From the NCBI GenBank assembly GCA_951406725.2, contig OX597818.1, positions 70,804,001 to 70,868,000 of the forward strand: a DNA stretch of 64,000 bases. The letters are read 5' to 3'. The position numbers were made by a program, and so were the translations under genes. Under the pieces are notes generated by a model. It was not told the origin of the DNA and made no database searches. It was given only the letters and a program-made list of their open reading frames with translations. Source of the DNA: Octopus vulgaris (Eukaryota). Below, in pieces: positions 12,300 to 23,902 of the stretch (its first letter is position 1; the number at the start of each line of letters is the position of its first letter).

Positions 12300-12827
12300 G
12301 AGAGAGTTGTTGCGTGAAAGCACGTGGTTGGATATATAGAAAATAGAAAAGAGTGAAAAAACTACAGAAGGCTTGTTTTATAAGGTTAAAGAATATATTT
12401 AAGTCGTTATGTTAGAAAAATGTTAGAAAATTTTGCATATAGAAACATAGTTTTTGGAGAAATTACCGGTTTCGTGTTAACTTTTCTCTAATGTCTTTAC
12501 CTACAATGTGTCATGTCTTCATTATGCAGTGCAAAGAAGAGTTCCAGGTAGGGGGAGGTAATAAGCGATTTCCTCCGGTATAAGGGAGATAATCGCTTTA
12601 TATTTCTTCTCCCCTTTTTTAATGAGATGAGTTTCTCTGTATAAGAATGTTAGGATGGTTAAGTTCAGGCTTATATTTTTCAATGAAGAATGTTAACACA
12701 AAACCGGTAATTTCTCCAAAAACTATGTTACTATATGCAAAATTTTATAACATTTTTCTAACATAACGACTTAAATATATTCTTTAACATTATAAAACAA
12801 GCCTTCTGTAGTTTTTTCACTCTTTTC

Positions 12828-12830
<3 letters not shown>
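12300..12830. mobile_element. Fold-back element (~140-bp inverted repeat) in (TA)n, Penelope-like
   Basis: 12342-12481 is the reverse complement of 12692-12830. The arms carry the GAAA-CCGG-TA hammerhead 3' half (intact in the left arm, AAAACCGGTA in the right). Confidence 0.7.
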
Positions 12831-12871
<41 letters not shown>

Positions 12872-13569
12872 GGGTTCAGGATGTCACCAACGGTTCAAAC
12901 AACATGCAATACGTAAACGAGAATATATATATATATATATATATATAAATTATGCAATAGAAACAGATCTGTAGTAAAAGAAATTCTAAGTATACTTAAT
13001 GGATGAGTGTGTAGCTGAAATGTTAGAAGCAGCAGTTTTCGTCTGGGAAAAAAAAAATGGAAAAAAACCTTTATGGACATATTGTGTAAGAAAATCCAAT
13101 ATACTTCAGAGCTAGAGAGAGCCAATTGACCCAAGAGTGACAGATATGTATTTCCCTGTTGTTGTAACTTATCAATGTCATTTCCAAAATAAAATCATAT
13201 CGGCCATTCTGAAGTATATGAGATAGTGTCTGGTCTCATACACTAATTTACAAAGGTGTCACATGAACCGAATAACAAATTATGTATAAAAAAAAAAATT
13301 TGTTTTTAAACCCAGCTCCAGAGTCAAAATTCTGTCAATACAACATACATGATATATGCATATAGTTGAAACACTAGAAGCTGTGGCGAAATATGTATTT
13401 GTCAGTCTGATGGTCATTTCTGGAGTGATTTTGTTTTGCCCAGCTCTGAAGTATATTGAAGTATATTTTGTTGGACAAAACTGCAGCTGCTGCTGTTTCA
13501 GTTACATATATGCACTGTGTTATGTTGCTAGAATTTATTTATATTTATGTGTGTATGCATCTATGTGTG

Positions 13570-13601
<32 letters not shown>

Positions 13602-13619
13602 TGTAAGCATGTATCTATG

Positions 13620-13659
<40 letters not shown>

Positions 13660-14107
13660 TATTGCCAGATAAGTAGATAGAATGTATATTTGCATTATCA
13701 CCAAATATCTCCTTTACAAATTCCATTGTATATGTTTTATATCAGAAGTATTCTTCATCTCAAAAATAATTATCATTTGCCGCAGACTGGAAAGCATTTC
13801 TTTCTTTCTTTCTTTCTCTCTTTTCTTTCTTTCTTTCTCTTTTTCTTTCTTTCTTTCTCTTTTTCTTCCTTTCTTTCTCAGTCTGCCTATTGTTAGGTTG
13901 ACTTCTACAATAAACAACATGGAAAGCTGTTTGCGTTTCAATTCCAGGACTTTACCCTATTCCTTCGCTCCTCGCATGCTGATGGTCTGCATGGAATATT
14001 TCGTTTTCTTTCCAACTCCCAATTCCTTGTGTTCTTTGTTCCATTCATTTTAATTTTATTTGTTTTCCAGAAATATTGTTATTTCTCTCTTTAAGGTGCT
14101 ATTTGTG

Positions 14108-14151
<44 letters not shown>

Positions 14152-14159
14152 CATCATCC

Positions 14160-14375
14160 TCATCATTATCATTTAGCGTCTGTTGTCAGTGTTGGTGTGG
14201 GTTGGATGGTATGACCAGGGCTGGTAGGCTGCAGAGGTGCACCAGGCTCCAGCCTAATTTGGTTTCTATGCCTGGATGGCCTTCCCAACGCCAACCACTC
14301 TGACGGTGGGATGAGTGCTTTTATGTGCCACCAGCACAGCTGCCAATTACCAACAATGGCTACAACCACGATTTC
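14160..14375 (-). mobile_element. RTE 3'UTR copy (diverged)
   Basis: CATCATTTAGCGTCTG...GGTTGGATGG...CCTTCCCAACGCCAACCAC...GTGCTTTTATGTGCCACCAGCAC. Confidence 0.75.
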
Positions 14376-14661
14376 ACATATGTGTGTATGTGTGTGTATG
14401 TGTGTGTGTATGTGTGTGTATGTGTGTGTATGTGTGCGTGTATGTGTGTGTGTATGTGTGTGTGTATGTATGTATATCATGGCTCAGTTTTATTTCAAGA
14501 TTTCCTGCCAATAGAGAAAGAACCAGTTTCTAACCTAGATCCAAGGCTCCTTCACTGGAGTTTTAACATCAACAACAGGATATTTTTGTTTGTTTGTTTG
14601 TATGTATGCATGCAGATTTGTACGTGTTGTTTTATGTATGTATGTGTGCTTTTATATATAT

Positions 14662-14835
14662 ACGTAAAAAGCACCCACTACACTCACGGAGTGGTTGGCG
14701 TTAGGAAGGGCATCCAGCCGTAGAAACACTGCCAAATCTGACTGGGCCTGATGAAGCCTTCCGGCTTCGCAGACCCCAGTTAAACCGTCCAACCCATGCT
14801 AGCATGGAAAACGGACACTAAATGATGATGATGAT
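14662..14835 (+). mobile_element. RTE 3'UTR terminal fragment
   Basis: Nearly the same as 12093-12262 (ACGTAAAAAGCACCCACTACACTCACGG...GATGATGATG). Confidence 0.88.
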
Positions 14836-15022
14836 ATAAAATCAGTCAGTTGTTCATAAGTCTTTAAAGAAATGCATCCGCTAAAATCTTCTGAGCAGTA
14901 ATATTTGAGAGGTTATTTGCATCTTGTTAGCAGACCTGAGACATTGCCTATAATGTAAAGAACATAATAGATGCAAAACCAATGGTAACTTCTTGACCAG
15001 CCATAACCAACAACTACATTAA

Positions 15023-15046
<24 letters not shown>

Positions 15047-15054
<8 letters not shown>

Positions 15055-15378
15055 GAGTGTATTTTACCTTGTTAACAATTAACACGGATAAATGAATGAA
15101 TAGTTACCAGGGCAGCAAAATCTCACAAGTAAAGATGTTGTAACTCCTTGTTTATAAAGGTTGAAACTTCGTGTTTACATTGAATATTTGAATAATAGGA
15201 ATAAAAAATGGAGTCAACGCAGGTTTAAACAAGTATTTTTTCTTTCTACATATGTTTCAAAAATTGCATTGTTTATACCTTTTATTCTTTTGAATAAGTA
15301 TCAGTGGAATTTTTGAAACATATGTAGAAAGAAAAAATACTTGTTTAAACCTGCGTTGACTCCATTTTTTATTCCTAT
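15047..15378. mobile_element. Fold-back element (~70-bp inverted repeat) in (TA)n, Penelope-like
   Basis: 15195-15265 is the reverse complement of 15308-15378 and contains GAAA-CATATG-TA. Both flanks are (TA)n. Confidence 0.7.
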
Positions 15379-16394
15379 ATATATATATATATATATATAT
15401 TGGTTAAGTACTGTGAGATTGATAACCTGGTATAGAACTCAGTATATGCATGCTTCAGAACAAAGCGTTAGTCGAATACAGAGCAGTAATAAGAAATGAG
15501 ATGACAAAGGAATAAAAGGATATCTTATGAACTTCATTAGCTTACAGTTGTTTCCACTAAAAGATGTGGTGGATTGGAAGCTCTGGTATTGCTGATGGCT
15601 ATCACATGTATGTCTAGTGACATTAAGTCATTGAGCAGGTAACCATGTTTCCAGTTATGATACTGCTCCCTGTCTCAACAGAAACCTGCTGACTGTAACC
15701 AAAATGTCTCCATTTATACAAATGGTGTCATCTGTTTGTTGTTTGATCGGCAGAAGGATTATTGACTTGTTTAGAAATGGATGTGGGTTGGCATCAGGAA
15801 GGGCACCTGGCCATAGAAAATTCTACCTCAGTAAAATCTTTGTGATCCATGCAAGCATAAAAAAGTAAACATTAAAATGATGATGATATATAAATGCCAT
15901 TTGAATATATTTTAATAAATGTTGTTTCGTTACAAAGATAAAAGAGAACTTAAATATTTCTTTCATCCCTAATGTCCATTTCGGTAACACATCCTACATC
16001 ATTTTAGTTATTGCTTGTGTATATTAAAGGCTGAGAGAGACAGACAGACAGCATGCTTCTTGCTTCATACACTTCCAGTCTGAAAACAAGACTGCAGTAA
16101 AATGTCGCCTCTGCCACCCTCGTCCCCTCCTTCCTCCTCCTCCTCCTTCCATCAAGAGATCATAAGTAATGAGATGACCAACTGAATCTATATTTCAACC
16201 AATGACAAGGTACTGAAACCCCTTTATGTGCAACAGGTGCAGCACCTACCTCTGTATGTTGTTTACCAGAAATGGAGATCAAACGTGTGAAAATTAACTG
16301 ATGGGAAATAGCTTTACCAGAAATTGATCTTTGAATGTTCAGCTGAAAAATGCTGCAAAATGCTGTCCATAAAGGTAGACAAACCATGAGGAAA

Positions 16395-16580
16395 GCCTGC
16401 ATGTGGTTGCTCAATCTGCTAGAAATAGTCATAAATCTTCTTTAAATGACACATTATTATCTTAAAAGAGAGACATATTAGATGATTTAATCCTAGATAA
16501 TCCAAACAATATTTGATTGTCATGGTTGGAGTGCTTTTGACCATAAATCTTCCAGCTCAGGGAATTCCAGGAGGTGCGGA
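16395..16580 (+). repeat. Unclassified interspersed repeat, family D
   Basis: Motifs GTGGTTGCTCAA..TGCTAGAAATAG and GTCATGG(C/T)TGGA recur at ~17420, 19280, 47600, 51995, 52617, 53900 and 54060, and inverted at ~3040 and 9040. Confidence 0.65.
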
Positions 16581-16851
16581 TGATTGTCATCATTTTTATA
16601 TCCATTTGGTTCACATGGAATTCTTTGAGGTAGAGCTTCTACAGCTGGATGCCCTTCCTGTCACCAACTTACTTGTTTCCAATTATTCCCCCATGGTTAT
16701 TCATGTTTTCATCAACTATTGAAAATGAATGACATTTCTTGTGGCAGTGGCATTCATTCGCAGCAGAGGACGTGCAATGTCAACACTAGCAGCAAGCATG
16801 CATGCACACACATGCACACAAATGCATTTCATACATATGCACTCACAGTAT

Positions 16852-16962
16852 TTGGTCAGTCCTAGGCTATAGTGGAAGACACTTGTCCAAGGATCCATAC
16901 TATGGGATGGAACCTGAAATCACATGGTTGGTTAGTGGACTTCTGAATCACTTGGCCATTAC
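16852..16962 (-). mobile_element. tRNA-derived SINE family B, head fragment
   Basis: TTTGGTCAG...GGCTATAGTGGAAGACACTTGTCCAAGG...GAACCTGAAATCACATGGTTGG matches 43675-43792. Confidence 0.7.
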
Positions 16963-17802
16963 CCAATGTAGTTTGTTTTTCTAAACTCCATCTTTTAAGA
17001 GTACAGTATTCCTGGAACTAAACTTTGCCAGCAGTGATCCTCCGTTCAGAAGGTTTTAATGGAATCAGTACAGATGAATGATTAAAATACACAGCAAAGT
17101 GATAAAAACGATGTTATGAAGTGATGTATCTTTAGAATAAAGGATTAAACAATTTATAAGAATAAAGGATTACCTTATCTTTTGATTTTTCATATTTCAT
17201 TCAATCATTTCAGAACCAGTGACTGCAACAGCTCCATTCTGCCTCTTAAAGTTCAATCAAAATAAAGTTGCTGCAGAATCTAGCAATTGGTTTCAAGATC
17301 AATACCAGCTGATCGATCATTCTTTGATGTTAGACCTTTTCCAATAAATCATGCGTTACTTCACCTCATATGAAGACTCCCAATGGCCACAAGCAAAGAG
17401 GAGAGCCTCAGTGTGCTAGCTTGACCTGTTAGAACTAGCAGTCAAATCTCCCTCAAGTCACAGCCTACTATCTTTAAAAGTGATATGGTCCTGGGTATAT
17501 TGTGTGAAAAGTAAGGGATAGTCATGGCTGGAGTACATTTAAGCATAGGTTTACTGAGTCAGAAGTGACCAAGGACAATAAAACTACAACCAAAATAAGT
17601 CTCAACATTATGGAGAACAACACTTGTCACTTATTATTACTTGGCTGTTATATTTATTGTGCATGCATGTGTGAATGTGTGCATGCATATGTGCTTGTTT
17701 GCGTGTGTGTGTGTGTGTGTGTGTGTGTGCATAAGCATGTGTGTGTATAAGATTAGTATAGTTTTCCTGAGGTATTGTTTGATATATATGGATGTTTTAT
17801 TC

Positions 17803-17993
17803 CTTTTAAGGCCAAAACAATGTAAGTTATAAAAATTACTAATACAGGTTGATGGTCAATACTATAAGCTGGCATTTTAGTAGCTCAGGGTTAGGACCCC
17901 TTCAAGGAAACCTGTCGAAATACCAGGTAAGAGTACAAACCATCAGCCTGATTTATTAATTTTTTATCACTTGCATTGTTTTGGCCTTAAAAA
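17803..17993. repeat. Inverted repeat (~52-bp arms)
   Basis: TTTTAAGGCCAAAACAATG...CAGGTTGATGGT pairs with ACCATCAGCCTG...CATTGTTTTGGCCTTAAAA. Confidence 0.75.
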
Positions 17994-18753
17994 AATGTAT
18001 TTAAAACGTGTGTGCGTTATTCTTTTATAAGAATGATATTGGTCACTCCTTCACTTTACTGTAAAATTGTTTTGTATTATAACTTAGCATAAAAACCCAG
18101 ATTAATATAAACATGTTAATATTGAACAATGAGCTGAAGCACTCAACACATTCGTGGATAAATAGTCTTTATTTGTGGGTTAACAAGGTAACCAAATTTT
18201 CATGTGAAGGACTTTTCACATGACACCGTTGGTCACCTTGTAAACCTACAAATAAAGTACATCCAAATATGTATGTATAATCCATTGTGTTAACCTGGTT
18301 TATAAAACTATCTCCATTCCTAATAACTACCTGAAATATCTTGAGTCCATTTTAATGAATTCACCTTTAAACACTTCTCTGTATCATTTTCCTAATGAAC
18401 ATTCCCTCCTCCTCACATTCAATTCATCAGTTTTATAAATAATACTTGTAAACGTTCATTTCTAACCTCCTTCATTTCATTGAACATCGAAATGTCATTT
18501 CTTTATTGACATGGAAACCTTCTTGCAATTGGTTTTACCTTTATAGATTCATTTTTCCATGCAGTTAAATGAGTAAATTGAATATATTCTTAAAGAATTG
18601 TTTTACAGATGGAGGTCCTCGCTGTTGCTAACCCTTATCTGATTTTCAAGTGAAGGATCTCTTACTCTGCATGGGTTCAAGGTACAAAACCAGCAGACAA
18701 CTTATTGATAGGAGAAAAGACAACAATATCGCTGCTTTTGACTCAGTGATCTC

Positions 18754-18790
<37 letters not shown>

Positions 18791-20689
18791 ACAACACACG
18801 CACATACACACTCATGCACACACACACACACATGCACACACGCACACATACAAGCACACACACACACACACACACACACACAGATGTATCTCTACAACCT
18901 TTGTTGATAGACATTGGTGAAGGATACAATCTTTGGTGGCAGCAAAGTCCCTTGAAAGCTACAAGCACTCCCTTGCCACTCTTGTTGCCAGCAATGAAAT
19001 AAACCAGGAATCTTCTGGTTGGGAACCGAAAACCAAAAATCCTAAAGTTTAAAAAATGACACCATGACAACATTTCTAAATTAGGGTTACTTTCTAAATT
19101 ATTTTCTTTTTTTTTTTAATTCTTTGAGTTGCATGAAAAGGGAGCTTAAGTGAATGAAGGGTTACACTACAATAAGGAGCTGAGCCGATGGCAGGCCAAA
19201 CCAACCAGAGGTCGTGAGCTAATGAGGAGCTCAACCAACCAAAAGAACAAAAGAATGAGGTAGACTGAGAGGGCCTCTAGGTGGTTGTTTAACTTGTTAG
19301 AAATAGCAGCCAAAATTTGCCTCAAATCACAACCGCACCCCTACAATGTTGAGTAAAGAAAGGACACATTTGATAATGTAGTCCTTGAAAATCCTACAAA
19401 AAGGAGATTGTCACGGCTGGAATATTTTTGATCATTAGTCATCACCAAAAGGGCTGTCGTACAACTAAACAACATCAACATAAAAGCTCGGCTTCCATCC
19501 ACAGTTTTGCATCAAAAGCTCTCAATTAATGGAACCCAAACATTTACCTCGTTAAACATTATTTTCTTAAAACTTATCTCAATTCACTTTAATTTCTCTT
19601 CTCATTATTTATTTTCACATTTCCTTCCCCTCATCTGTTTGTTTTTAATTAATCATTGATGTTGTAGTCATTAGGTATCTGACAAATAGGGGTGGTGGTG
19701 GTGGTGGTGACGTATGTACATATTTACATATGGATATATATATATATATACACACGCACACACACATACATACACACACACACACACATATATACGCACA
19801 CATACACACACATATAAATGTGTGTGTGATGGATTCCTGAAATGAGGAGGAAACGAGTCTCTTGGATTTCTATGATAGAAATGACCAAATGATTTGTGAC
19901 AGAAATTTCAGGAAAGCAACCCACCAGTCCGATGGACACACAAATCAGATTGGCAACGACTCAGAGACACAAACCAATCTTGAAAGGAAGGATATGGAAG
20001 CTTAAAGATCCAATGAGAGAAATTTGTGAAGTTTTAATTGAAGCATTTGATGAGTAGAAGTAGAAACATATAACACAGGGAACAACCCAGGGAAAGCTAC
20101 AGACCAAATCTACTGCTGGGGTAAAGTTGCGGTCATACCAGGGCTGCCATGGTGGTGAAACAGAGAGGTAGATGGAGCCATAAAAGGAAAGAGACAACGT
20201 TGGAAGAATGTGAGCAGCAGAGAATGACACTACGCAGCTACAAGAGATGCCAGGTGACAGGTCTATTTAACAAAGGGAGAAGCAGAAAGGAGGAGATTTG
20301 CCAATATTCTAAAGCATGAGGATCAAAGGTGTGAGATGTTCCAGAGAGAATTGAGATGTTGCGTAAGTGTGTACAGATGGATAATGATAAACTGCACTTA
20401 ATTCTGAAGAGAAAGAGACATGGAAGTGTTTCTCTGAAAGGCTACACAATACAGAGAATCCATTGAAGAAAGAGCCTTCCAAATATGAACTCAAAAGAGA
20501 ATCCAGCCATTGTAGTATGACAGATAAAGCAGTTAATGATACGATAACAAGGAAAGCCCCTGTTCCATGAAGAATTACTGCCAAGATGCTTAAAATAAGA
20601 CTGGTGGTTTGCATAACAGCTGCTCCAATGCCAGCATGGAAAGCGGATGGTAAACGACGACGACTTGTAGCACACCAAATGCCCACTCC

Positions 20690-21445
20690 CAGTCATAACT
20701 GTGGAGACCCGGAAGCTTGCCCACCTGGTCAGCATGTTTGATAAATGCAGTTATTTATGAAGCTGAAGTTACGGCAGTGCTCCAAAACAACATAATTGAG
20801 AAGGAAAAAGTTGCATCAGTTTCAGCAGAAACAATTTTAAAAGCCATTATGCAAACCATCAAACTTCTTTCTGACACATTGATACAAATAAGGCCACTAA
20901 GCTGGTTAGTCATGAATGTGATCTGAAGACCAACTGCACACCAAATACAATCATGAAGAAAACTATGTTGTATATAAATGGATCACAGAGCAACAAGTTA
21001 GGCATCATTGAAAGATCACACATTCTTTTTAAGTCCAAGAACTCCATCATACTACTTAATTCCAGATCCAAAATTTTTCCAAATACAAGAACATGGACAG
21101 GTTTCTTTCATACTGGAGGACATCACCCATTCCAGATTGAGTCACTATCTCACAGACTTTGGCCTTCTTCCTCTTATTTTATTCTACATTAGTTACAGCA
21201 ACATTGGTTATCTCATTTTCTCTCATTATCCAGCATCCTGGTTTTTAAATACATCTAACATTATGAACTGAGCCTGAAAGATTGCTTGGAGATACATTAC
21301 ATGTTATACAAATCTGCCAATTTAATGTATCTTAAAGCATGAAACTATTAGCAGCTCTTTTGTAAATTGTAAATGAAATTTATCTCGCACTGGATGGAGT
21401 TCTCTTTTTTGCTGATCCTACAAATAATAGAACGATAAACTAAAT
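20690..21445 (+). mobile_element. Penelope-like element 3' fragment: decayed GIY-YIG endonuclease plus pLTR
   Basis: Frameshifted HNCGDPEACP / CLINAVIYEAEVT / FKSHYANHQTSF...ATKLVSHECDLK / LLNSRS matches the PLE pattern CNC...CP..G.CL..VIY.A.V...FK.RY.NH..SF...T.LS..IW.LK...LLN.RSE. Confidence 0.8.
21270..21357 (+). ncRNA. Type I hammerhead ribozyme remnant in PLE pLTR
   Basis: GAGC-CTGAAAGA-T-TGCTTGGAGATACATTA...TAATGTATCTTAAAGCA-T-GAAA-CTATTAG-CA-GCTC. Stems I, II and III are all pairable; the core has an extra A and a U16.1-to-C change. Confidence 0.65.
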
Positions 21446-21535
21446 ATGTGTGTATGCATAATATGTATGAAAGATAGGAATATCTATCTATATATAATAG
21501 TGTGTATGTATGTGTACATATATTTATATATATAT

Positions 21536-21593
<58 letters not shown>

Positions 21594-22950
21594 TAAAAAA
21601 TATTTATATATGAAAGATACATACACATACAGAATTGGAAATGTAAAAAAGGATATGTTAGATAATGTACATGTAGGTATACTTACTACATCTGAAAAAC
21701 ATTGACAGGGTGGCCATGGCTAGAATCCCTTTGATTGTAAGTTTTCAAACAACAGCAACATTAATACATTCAACAGAGCTGAGCCTCAAAAATGTGAGAT
21801 GATGCAAGCAAGGGAGATAGCAACGCTGATATGGAACTACAATATGGTTTGGAATAGTGTATGATTGGTTGAAGGTGAAACGGTAGATGCAATGGAAATA
21901 GAATAAAGAGTTAGGAAGATGTGAATCTATAGGAAGGTTTGTACCTCTTAGATGAGAGATTGCAATACAAGGAAAATGGTTCTTTTGAAGAATGGGGGGG
22001 AAACTCACAAAAGGGGAAGATGATAATAGTATTTCTTTCATGACTATTTTTTTCATTTTCCTATGAGATGTTGCTGGGATAGATATAGATGATACAAAAA
22101 AATCTTTACAGCTGAATGCCCTTCCCAACCATAAACCACTCATCAGAGAAATATGATTGGAGCTGTCTGTCAGTCAGGCAGACTGTGAAAAGCAAAGTTA
22201 TGTACCTTGCCAGGGGAGGAAACTCACAATGTGTATGTGGATGTTTAGGCCATGAAATTAATTACAAGATCATGTCTTCCTTTCTCAAACATACTTCACA
22301 TGCACACACACACTCACACATCGAAGTGGCTGAGCCAAAGTCATTATTTGTGAGTTTCTGTGAAGCCACATCTACTCAAATGACTTTTTATGGAAAATCA
22401 AAAACAATATTGTCTTCAATTTTAAATTTCAGCCATCTTGAGATGTGTGACTTTGCAAAAACTCAACCAATTAAATTGACTGCCTTCGACAAATGATTTT
22501 CAATGTTTTTTCTTTCAATTCATTAGTGTGTGTGTGTGTGTGTGTGTGTGTAATCATCATCATCATTTTAATGTCCACTTTTCTCTGCTTGCATGTGTTG
22601 TATGGAATTCCTTGAGTCAGATTTTCTATGACCAGACCCCCTTTTGATCGCCAACCCCTCCCTGTTTCCAGCCAAGGGAACATTTCCTCAAGGATGGACA
22701 TACTTTCACACAAATGGCTCAGCACAAACAACACAACTTGTCTCATACTGAAACTTGTTTACAATTATGGCACACACGTGTGTGTGTGTGTGTTTGTGTG
22801 CATGTATTTGTGAGAGTGTGTGTAGATATACACACACACACACTCTCACACGCATACAACAGGCTTCTTTCAGTTTCTGTTTATCATATCTACTCACAAA
22901 GCTTTGTAGTAGAGGTAGTAGTAATAGTAGTTGTAGTAGTAGTAGTTTTG

Positions 22951-23114
22951 CATTATTTACATTTGACAGATATTTGTCCTCATCTTGTTTGTTGTTAGCA
23001 GAATGTTTCAGCTGATATACCCTCCAGCCTTCATCAGGTGTCTTGGGGCAATTTCGAACCGGGGTTCTCATTCCTAAGTTATTTTTCGATGTTATTATCA
23101 TCATCATCATTATT

Positions 23115-23145
<31 letters not shown>

Positions 23146-23492
23146 TTCAGGTCACTGCCTGGAATTGAACTTGGAATCTTGGGGTTAGTACCCCACGCTC
23201 TTAACCACTACACCATATGCCCATGAGCATAGTGGTTAAAGGCACAGACTACTAACACCAAGATTCCAAGTTCAATTCCAGGCAGTGACCTGAATAATAA
23301 TAATGATAATAATAATAACATCAAAGAATACCTTAAGAATGAGAACCCAGGTTCAAAATTTCCCTAAGACACCTGGTGAAGGCTAGAGGGTATATCATTG
23401 TGTTAACAACAAACAAGATGAGGACAAATATCCGTCAAATGTAAATAATGTAAATAATGTGAATAATTCCTCATCTCTAAAATACAGAACTG
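22951..23492. mobile_element. Head-to-head palindromic tRNA-SINE dimer with hammerhead-bearing tail
   Basis: 22951-23222 is a diverged reverse complement of 23223-23450. Each arm has a tRNA-like head (TAGTGGTTAA ... GTTCAATTCC), an (AAT)n linker, and GACACCTG(A/G)TGAAGGCT(G/A)GAGGGTATATCA. Confidence 0.85.
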
Positions 23493-23857
23493 TAGTAATA
23501 GTTTTGTTACAGATTGTGAAATGAAGTGAATTGGTTTCTATATGGATGTAATGTTTATTGCCATATCAATATGGGTGTTCCCTGCTTTTGAGATTTTCTA
23601 ACAAACTGCTTTGCTGGTTTCTCTAAGACATAATTTCAAAATTCTCTGTGTTTGTGTTTATGTGTGTGTGTGTTAATGTGTGTGTGTGCAATGTAATTTA
23701 ATTGATTGTAACTTCCGAATTTCACCAATTCTATGAGTTATTCAAACTGGATGTCCCACAGACCCAGAGAAACTTCAAACTCCCTGCCAACAAAACCCTT
23801 TCCCCATGCCCAATACCTGCCTCTCCCCACCCCTATTCTCGTAACCTATCAAACCAC

Positions 23858-23860
<3 letters not shown>

Positions 23861-23902
<42 letters not shown>

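Noticed and set aside
19960-20400. Possible decayed LINE ORF1 or gag zinc-knuckle region
   Set aside because: Only a faint Cys spacing with many stops; not supportable.
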